The translations under genes were made by a program, and so were the position numbers. A stretch of DNA of 64,000 nucleotides from Octopus sinensis. Taxonomy: Eukaryota. This document shows, piece after piece, positions 54,593 to 64,000 of the stretch (its first letter is position 1; every line of letters starts with the position of its first letter). The notes below the pieces were generated by a model. The model had not been told where the DNA came from and searched no databases. It saw only the letters and a list, made by a program, of their open reading frames with translations. The stretch is taken from assembly GCF_006345805.1 (NCBI RefSeq), contig NC_042997.1, positions 55,862,001-55,926,000 on the forward strand, given 5' to 3'.

Positions 54593-56279
54593 CAGAGATC
54601 CAGCTGGGTTACAATTGTCTATGCGAACTGGCTGCTAAAATTAAACAAGTTCACAGAACTGGTTCGTAAATACCCTTGTCTACCAACTCTCATTTTGACG
54701 ACTTACTGACTATACATTCACTGGAGAAAGAAGTTAATACGAAGTTTTCACTTCAGCGTTTAAATGAAATTTGATACGAGAGATAGGCAAAAGAATCCCG
54801 GGAAACAACCATTGGTCTTTATGAGAGGGTTTGATATCGACAAAATAAATAACAATTCGACTAAAAAAATAACAATGGTACTAATTTGAACCATTTAAGT
54901 AGCAGAATCTCATTTTGAACCTTTTTTTTTTCTTCTGATTTAGCTAACTCCAGACTTCACCAGAATATAATAGCCGTGATAGTGATACTTCTAAAATGGT
55001 CAATATGACGCCTTGAAAATTCGCAGAGGAGCAAGTGGACAACTATTCTTCATAACTCGCTAGGTATTTCAATACGTATGATTCTCCTGTCATCATTGAG
55101 AGAAGTTTTAAACACTTTTGAAGTTTTTTGCGACGCTTTTCTATAAATTTGCATTTCATTTTATTCTTTTATTCTTTTATATGTTACAGCCCTGAGGCTA
55201 CGGCCATATTGGGACACCGCTCATGTTTTGTTTTTTAATAATTAAAATTTGAATTTGCATTTAGTTACATGCAATTTTTCTTTGAAACTTTCAAACCAAT
55301 ATCTGGATTTTTATATCTACTGCCTCTTTCGTATCTCAGCAATTAATCAAAAAACTGTTGAAACACAGGCTGTAAATTTGAAGAAAAACTTCTATTTTGG
55401 GAGTTATTTTCTCTTATTTTTTCTTATACCTTAGAATATCCTCTAAATTACTTTGTCTATTCGTACTTTAGGTTTTACTGAAAACATGTTGAAACAACAG
55501 GAACTTTTATTAACACACCTGATTCTTGAGTGAAAGTTAAAAATTAAAACTTGATTTTTAAATTCTTTGGAATGTTTTCTCTAACTTTTACATGAATTTG
55601 CCAATATTTTGGGTTGATTATCAATATATATATTTCAACTTAGTCACATGCAAATTTTACTTTGGAATATCCGAAAAACACCTTTTTAATTGCTTTTCTT
55701 ACTTAATGATTTTGCTTCTGTATATTTAGCGAATGGCCGATTTAATAAACAGCTACTCTAATCATTATTTGCAAGGGATTCGTTTGTTTTAGCATGACAG
55801 GACCAAAAAACATTTAACCCAAAAAGCATGACAATGGTTTTTTTATATTAAAGCATATTGTATTTTTCTTCTGTTAGCCATGAAATGAACTTCACATGAA
55901 AGGCATGTGTGGTATTGAAGTATTTTTATGTACAGCATGGACCTTATAACAAAGTGCCAGCAAATTAGAGTGAAATTCCAGGGGAGAAATCCAAAAATTT
56001 GATTGGAGACAAAATCTAGATGAAAGAAAACTTTTATCAACTTCACTGAGCGATAATCTTTTGAACATCAAGTTTCACATTAACATGTGATGACACTCTT
56101 AAGACTCACAAGATGAAAGATGTGTTCTTGATGGCTGGAGTATGAAGCAAGTTGAGGAGTTCGTAAAAAAAATGGTGGGTTACATGTTATCAACAAGAAA
56201 ATTAGCTATGACCATTGAGTTAAATTTGAGTCCATACACATGGAGAGGCTGCAATGTTGAAACATTAGGAACAAATAAA

Positions 56280-57560
56280 GTCGTCAAGTATGCATCTCTT
56301 AGAAAATAAAATAAGCAATCATTTTTCATCAAAAGCACATAATATATGTGAAACAGAACTGACGGAAGGCGAAGTAAATATAATTACAAAACCATTGATG
56401 AAATAAATAAAAATCTATAAGCTCCATATGAAAATTGCTTTAATACTGTCTACGGTACATAAAATGAAACAGGCTTTGTTAGGATATTGATGATGGGATT
56501 GGAAATGGGAGTAGAACTTCATTCTCGCAAGACAGCTGTTAAAATAGTCGATCATACTGCGAAGGAAATTAAACGAGAAATATTTATGAAAAACAAAAAA
56601 TAAACTTTGTGTGGTAAGGCTTCAATGGTGCAATTCAACCAGTTATCATTTTTCTGAAAGTTGAAGAGAGTGATTTTTGGTGATTTTTTTTTATTTAACT
56701 GAGTCGAGATAACAAGATGCAGAAAAAATACATTTTTATATTTTAAAGTTTGCCTTTTACATTTCAGCTACATAATGAATGAATCATCGTTGTTTTGGAT
56801 GATTATATCGAAAACATAAAACAAGTGTACCACGATAAAATATTTATTGATGAAATATGCAGATTCTTTTACCAAATAAAAATCAGATGGAACTTATTTA
56901 AATTCCAGGAATTTAGTAAAGTTTTAGGAATAAGAAAGGCTACTTGCAGCCTTAAATCAGCAGTTGCAATACGGAATGCTTATCCAGCATTGTTCAAATA
57001 TTTTCTCTTCTGTAAACAACATAAAAGTCATACCCTTAATTATATACATGCAAACTATTTTTGCCACATAAGTCATGGATGTTAGTTGGATATAATTTTG
57101 TGTTTGAAATGACCGGGATAAATAACAAATTCGTGATTTCTGCTAAAAGGAAATTTATTCAAATCCTCAGATCTCTTGTTTAGGCCAAAAGTCCAGTAAT
57201 TTACGTCTTGTATTACAACACTCACTGCTAGATCATTAAATACTGATTTGATTCGCTTCAATTTCAAACAATACGAAATATCTTTCTGGGTTTTTTAAGG
57301 AACGGCAGTTAGAATTTGCAATAAGTGCGTCATTCCTAAGTTACGCTGCTTAACTAAAACGAAATTGCTTCAACCGAGAAATGTCTACTCTCAGACTAAA
57401 TTGATTTTAAGCTTTGTCATCACTCAGGTAACTAATAAATAAAAGAAAGTTTGTTTTTTTTAAATTTTATTCGCTGTTTTATGAATAAATATTTATTTAT
57501 TTGAAGGATTCTAAAATCTTGCAAGTTACAGAAGTGAAGTGGAAGAAAGTATATTTCATG
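56280..57560 (+). pseudogene. hAT-family transposase remnant (KIAA1586/ZNF862-like)
   Basis: GVELHSRKTAVKIVDHTAKEIKREIF and FYLTESR.QDAE resemble KIAA1586-like hAT transposases; many stops and frameshifts; TIRs not found. Confidence 0.55.
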
Positions 57561-57771
57561 CTTGGAACGTTAGGAAACTAAAGTAGGATCACAATGTGAT
57601 GAAAGAAAAATATTACATGCAGACTTTATAATGTTTCTCATATAAAAATACTGGAGACGATCACCGGGCACATTTCACTCTCGTAGGAAATCCTTGTTTA
57701 AAGTCTAGCAGTAACATGTCTTGAAGGAGTATCAGTGATCAAATCATAATAATATAAGTGTAAATAAACAA

Positions 57772-57996
57772 AGTGGCGAGCTGACAAAATCGTTAGCACG
57801 CCGGGCAATTTGAGTAGCGACATTTCGTCCGTTATTACGTTCTGAGTTCCAATTCTGCTGATGTCGATTTTACCTTTCATTTTTTCGGAGTTGATAAAAT
57901 AATAAGTACCAGTCTGGTACTGGGGTGGATGCAATCGACTTCTTTCCCCCCCCCCGCCCTGAAATTGCTGGCCTTGTGCCAAAATTTGAAACCAAT
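57772..57996 (+). mobile_element. SINE family A
   Basis: agtggcgagctgacaaaatcgttagcacgccgggc...ggccttgtgccaaaatttgaaacc. Confidence 0.85.
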
Positions 57997-59107
57997 GTAA
58001 GTTTAATTTTAAAATATAATAACTCTAAGATGGTAACTGCATTATAGTCAGGCCGGTAAAAACATATTTAATTATTAGAAACTAAAAAAGACCGAAACAC
58101 TACAAATTGTACAGTAAGGAACAAATCGAATTCCAAAGACAGGCTGTTTTTAGAAAAAGAATCAATTGATGAGGTTTATAAAATGGAAGAAGCTCGTGTG
58201 TTACGGTCCACAAACTTATTTAATTTTACAAGATTATTATATAATGTATATTTCTAACTTGATTTATCACGATTTTGAATTGAAGTCTCGCAGACCTTAT
58301 CAAGTTTTATGAGTGTTTTTCAAAATAAATACCAGTAACACACTACGCTGGAGAATGTTCAAAGCTGTGTAATATGAACTGAGTAGCTCGAAATAATTTA
58401 TACTGCATCTCAGTTTCACGTAATACTGCTGGAAATATTCTTTAAATGACCAATATATCTTGCTTTCTCTCACTTTCTCAATTCTGTAATGTTATTCTTC
58501 ATGAAGGAAACAGTGTATACATATTTAAATGAATCTGGAATCTGTAAAGAGTTGCTGCAGTAACTTCAATTACCAAATTTGATATCCAACCATATCCTTA
58601 AATCAAAATAAGCTAAGATTGAATATCACGAACTGTCTGACTAAAACCGACAGTATCCAGTAATTTCATGGATCAATCTATACCATACTTACCTCTTCTA
58701 AAGATTTTTTCTAACGAAGAAATAAAAATTTGCCTAGATCAATTACCCAGTGGTTTTGGTAAAGTGCTAGATGATATCTCTAGCCAAATTTAGTTTTGTC
58801 TCTGCGTTCTGGGTTCAAAACTGTTGAAGTGGACCTACTTTCATAACAGCAAATAGGTATTAGCCCAATACTGAGTCTGTCTGAAGCATTTAGACTGCTC
58901 CTCGATACATTTCTGGCGTACTACAGATGTAAATAATCAATATTTACCTATATCTGCTGCTCAATCTGTTAATCCCTTCTCAAAAAGTATGACTAACATT
59001 TTATGTATTTATTTGTTTATTTGTACAAAAAATATTTTGCTGAATCACTTATAACCACTGCTCAGAAGAAACATTTAACCCTTCTTACTCGCAATATCAT
59101 CTTATTC

Positions 59108-59515
59108 TAAGGTGGTGAGCTGGCAGAGTCGTTAGCACTCCGGGCAAAACTGCTTAGCGGCATTTCGTCCGTCTTCACGTTCTGAGTTCAAATTCCGCTT
59201 AGGTCGACTTTGCCTTTCGTCTTTTCAAGATCGATAAAATAAGTACCAGTCAAACATTGGGGTCGATCTAACTGGCTTAATCCTTCCCCAAAAATTGCTA
59301 GTCTTGTACCAACATTTTAAATCAATGTCTTCATATTCTAAAGTGGCAAGCTGGCAGAATCGTTAGCCCACCGGGCAAAAGGCTTGGAGGCATTTCGTCC
59401 TTCTTTAAGTACTGAATTCAAGGTCGACTTTTCCTTTTATCCTTCCGAGATCGATGTAATAAACTTAGCCCCTCCTCACGAAATACCTGGCCTTATGTCA
59501 AACTTTGAAACCAAT
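59108..59515 (+). mobile_element. Two tandem family A SINE copies
   Basis: Heads at 59108 and 59338; the second has internal deletions. Confidence 0.85.
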
Positions 59516-61914
59516 AACATCATATTCTGCAGAAATATAAATATTTTTTTTATTTTCTGAGGCTTAAAGGCATGTAAAAAAAAAGTGGAAGAAAATTAAT
59601 TGACTCAATACTTTAGATCTAACAAGCCCTAAGCTTTTTAACTTAAAATATTTGCAATGGGCAGTAAACTATAAAGAACGCCAAAACCATTTCTGCATAT
59701 GTCTCAATGATTTTGTGTCATTGAAGTTTTATTGCTTATTTCAAATATTTCTATTCAAGATTAGGGCTCGACTAGTTTATTTTTCTTCTAACGTTGCATT
59801 GTTAAGTGGTTTTTATTACCTTACTATTTATAAAATAATAAGTTACCTACAGAACATACTTTTGTTAATGAAAAAGATATCTCACATGGGAGAACTTTAT
59901 AACTGTAGAAATTATCTGAGTAATCTAAGTTCAATTCTAAGTGAGCTCTCTATTTTAACTTTAGGAACCAGCTGGATATCAACTTGAGTTGAAACCAACC
60001 CCACTCTGGGCAAGCGAAGAGACATTATTGATCAGGTAAATGTTGGAACTGGTCACGAAAGTATAAGACATTATCTATTTGTTCCAAGCAGGAGGTGAAA
60101 ATACATTAAAATATTGTCTGTTACTAAGAACAACCGCAGAGAATTTTTTTGAACTTTCATTCTTCTTATGTGTGGGGGTGTATGTATGTGGAGTGCGTGT
60201 TTGTGTATGTGCTTCTGTAGCTGCACGTGTGTCTGTGTTTATGTGTGTGTGTACGCACGCGAGTGTATGTATTATACCAGAGATACTTCGTATATTCATT
60301 GAAATAAACACTTAAAGATGTAAAATTACAAATTAGATGTATTTTTATCAGTCGGTATAAAGTAGAAGCAGAACACATGACCCTTGTAGACCCTTTAAAC
60401 AGGTGACATTGTTGAAGTTAGTTTTTAGTTTCAATATCTGTGGTCAGATCTACAGAAAAATTGTGGCTGGAGATGGAACTCCGGAGGGTTGCAAGGAGAA
60501 TCAAATGGGCAAAAGGATGACAAGAGGAGAAATAAGTGTATCGGGAGAGTTTAGGTAGCAAGCTGGTTCAAAGAAGACTAATCCATGATAAAAGAAGCAG
60601 AGAGAAATTAGTCACCAAGTGCGAAAATCAATGTCAATAGATTTATCTAATGACATTATTTCGTGATTTAATCTAAGATATTTGTGTGTAATAGCAGAAG
60701 TAATCTACATAGGTCGGCACTAACCCAATGCAATTTGCACTTCTGTGATTAATCAGGGCTAGGGGAAGGGGTGTTGTAGTTTTTGTTTTTTGTTTTGTTT
60801 GTTTGTTTTCGATCCTGGGGTCTGTCTCTGTTGCATTTAAAATAAATCGATAGTTGGAAATTAGACAGGAAACACTGTTAATTTTTCTTTATACAATGCA
60901 GACCCCTGGAGCTAGAGTAAAATTCAAGTACTTGTTGATAATAGCAACTAGCTCAAAAGTTTACTACTTGAGAATTATGGAACGGACACTCCTTGTCTTG
61001 ATTGGGTTGGATTCAACAAAGGCATTTTCGTACTTGGTGAATATATGTGTACGTTTCGTGGAGAGTGATGAGGAGAGAAGCATTTGGAAGAGATTTTGTT
61101 TTGTATATGCAATGTAGGGTTAAAACAGAACGTACAGCAAATGCAGGTGACTGTACAACAGATACATTACTTAAAGAGACATCTTGTTTGAAATGTTACG
61201 GTTACCATAGGATTTCGAGGAGCAGTGTTGTGTAACAGGTAGAAACGAGATCTAAGCTTTGTTTAAAAAGGGGTCGGATGATCACATGGGTTTAAGTATT
61301 GTTAGGTAAATTTTTCGTTTGGAGTGAGGAAGTGGTCAAAGGAGTTTGGAACGTTCGTAAGTTGGTCAGGAATAGGGTTAGGTGAAGATTGAATACATAA
61401 ACCTATAATAATGAAGAAGGGAGCATTTGAGTAGGAATTGATGGAATTTTTATTTGCGCATACATACACACACATGCACACACACATACACGCACACTCA
61501 TGCACACGTACACACATAAATACACACATGCAATCTATGAGAGTATTAAGATGTGTGATTAGCATGTTCGAGTGTTTTGTGGATGAAATTTTACGAAAGA
61601 TACTGAGGAGGGGATACTATCTATTTCATAGGTCATTTTATAAATATTCGTATTTTTGGTTTTGGATTATCTTTGTCGAGGAAGGGAAAAGGGAAATCAT
61701 AACCCATGGTTTACGTTGATTACTGTGAATAATCCAAACAGAAATCATTGGTAGTGTGTGGGTCTTTCAAAACCCTACAACCTCTGAGGTTGCAGTGGAA
61801 TGCTATGCCAGCTAAGAGAGTGCCTTTCAAACCGTTACTCCGGGGTTTGTGCCCCTATTTTATTTACCAGCAAGCGATTGAGGATAAACATTTACTACTT
61901 GTTCACTCTGACAG

Positions 61915-62059
61915 TTATTGGTTTCAAATGGTGGTACAAGGCCAGCAATTTTACGAGAGGGGTTAAGTCGATTATATCGACGCCATTGCTCATCTGGTAC
62001 TTATTTTATCGAACCCCGAAAGGATTAAATGCAAGGTCGACCTCGGGGGAATTTGAACT
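61915..62059 (-). mobile_element. SINE family A, 3' part
   Basis: ctggtacttattttatcgaaccccgaaagga...ggtcgacctcggggga-atttgaactc. Confidence 0.8.
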
Positions 62060-62283
62060 CCCTGCACAAATAATTTGTTTATAGTAACCAAATGTATTTC
62101 CTGTGCAGTAACTCCCTCTCTCCATCAAACCGACGTTACACAAACAAGTGCGCAGTGTCAAGTGTCGAAGTGATCGCAGAGCCACGTGAGATGACGTGTT
62201 CTGCTCAAGAACCAAACGCACCGGGATTTGAAACCACGACCTTGCGATCGTGAGTGTAACGCCCAAACCACTAGGCCATGCAT
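62060..62283 (-). mobile_element. SINE head C-like + tail 4
   Basis: Head atgcatggcctagtggtt...ttcttgagcagaacacgtcatctcacgtgg continues into tgcgatcacttcgacac, unlike tails 1 and 2. Confidence 0.65.
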
Positions 62284-64000
62284 CTTTGTAGAACTTTTGG
62301 TATCTATATCCGACCCAAAGTCTGAATTCACTGAAACGCATTGAGTAAGAATAGTCAGAAGAAGAAAAGTAAGAGTTGATTTCATTACAAATTATTTAAA
62401 CTAATCAGATTTACTATTGGGCTTTAATGGAAAAAATTAACCAAACAAATATTTCGCTTGATTTTGTGGTTTTTTATTTATTTATTTATTTATAGTAAAA
62501 TTAGTATTCATAACTTATTAGATTCTATCATTAATGCTACCTGACCAATAATTTGATCTCATCCACATGGCAACACTATAACACAAGAAATATTGACACT
62601 ATTAGTTAGTAATTTTAACTATTTAAGCAACCGCAAATTCCAATCTAATAAACAGCCTAAGACTTTTAATTAACTGATGTTTTCAATTAATCTTAAATAC
62701 ATTGCTTTAAGGACAAAGTGTCACCTTTTGGGATAATAACTAATCATGTTGGGGCATAACTAGATATTCTGGGTAAGATTCTACAAAAGGCTAAAACAAA
62801 CTATTTTTTTACTTCAGATGACGTCATCTCTGCAATATAATCTTGATACAGTATTCCTAAAATGCGTTAAAGGATGTTAAAATCAATTATATTTCAAAGA
62901 TTGAGAACCACCCTGGGGCATACAAATATAACCTAAACTCACCGCCATTAAAAATATATTTATTTATCTCTTTATTTTACTGTTTCTACCTTCGAGGTAA
63001 CGATTCGTGTATTTTCTGAAAGCTGCCTTTATCTTTGGGGATTCGCAATTTTTCGCTATTTTAGTTTAATTTATTCCCGTATTCTCACATATTTGTAATT
63101 TTCACAGTCCAATTTCTGCACACAGAATACTACTATATTTTTTAAAGCTGTTTGTAAAAAAAAATGCTTGACATTAACTACAAATGTGTTCATCTTATAC
63201 TTCTAGTTACTCAGCTTTTGCTCTTGTCGTTGTTGCTGTTGCAGTTTTAGTGCTTTTTGTCAAAATTTAGTTTATGGCAGTTGTTGTATGCTTTCATGAA
63301 TAATAATGATACCTTTGTTTTAATAATTTTCCTCTTAATGGTACCAGTCCTTATTAGGAAACTAAAATTTACAGGAACGTTGATGGTGTTGGAGAATTTT
63401 TCATAAGGATTTCGATTAGTTTAACAAGCGGTGACAACGTAAGATGTCAACAATCAATGGCAAGTTATAATTCCATACAACAAAAACCATTAAATCTTGA
63501 CAATCGATGGCAAGATGTCACGAACCAATGACAAGGTGCTATTAAATGGTGAGTAGATGTCGTATAAACAGCTATCATAATTTCAGATCATTAGCGGTTA
63601 AAAGATATCACCAATATTCTGTATAGCCACAAGTAAATCATAATTCAAATTTACCAGTCTATAATTAAACTTTGTTATTTCGTCCTTTTTAAATTGTTTA
63701 TATTTTAACTTTAACTTACTAATTTGCAAACATTTTTTCTACCCTTGGATTTCAATAAATCTTGCTATTAATGTATTTTTTAAACTTCCACTCTTTCTCT
63801 CGGTTCTTGACCCTAAAGCAATCACTTCCAATGTTTGAAATACTAAACTCTTGTGGGATATCGTAAAACACATAAATTTAGCTACAGATTGCATGAAAAA
63901 GGAAATTAAAGATAAAGTATATCTGCCAAATCAACTCTATAATTATTGAATCTGAATTGGACATTTTCGATTTGATACACATAAAATCCTATAACAAGAT

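Noticed and set aside
60350-61430. Purine-rich complex sequence, possibly a decayed LINE endonuclease region
   Set aside because: No diagnostic motif could be recovered in any frame.

Overview
This is AT-rich, microsatellite-saturated eukaryotic DNA. The SINE complement, the repeat density and the Dong/R4, Tx1, RTE, CR1, mariner, piggyBac and hAT remnants point to an octopus (coleoid cephalopod) genome; this is inferred from sequence recognition, not from a search. No host protein-coding gene can be supported. Most ORFs in the track are translated microsatellites, and the rest are transposon fragments. SINE labels A, B, C, E and tails 1-4 are my working names; these families resemble the published octopus tRNA-derived OK/OR1/OR2 SINEs, but I cannot verify a one-to-one assignment. 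Main observations: (1) Three sequence-unrelated fold-back insertions share the layout (TA)n - inverted arm - spacer - arm - 70-80 bp extension - (TA)n. Each carries a type I hammerhead ribozyme motif with a mismatch closing stem II. One is a perfect 139-bp palindrome encoding the ribozyme on both strands, and one encloses a Tx1 LINE fragment. (2) SINE heads and tails occur in a combinatorial matrix, and one SINE tail matches the Tx1 3' end. (3) A Dong/R4 element sits in a nest of (TAA)n-tailed repeats. (4) A 255-bp microhomology-flanked templated insertion has a donor that can be identified from its TSDs. Coordinates of degraded elements are approximate.
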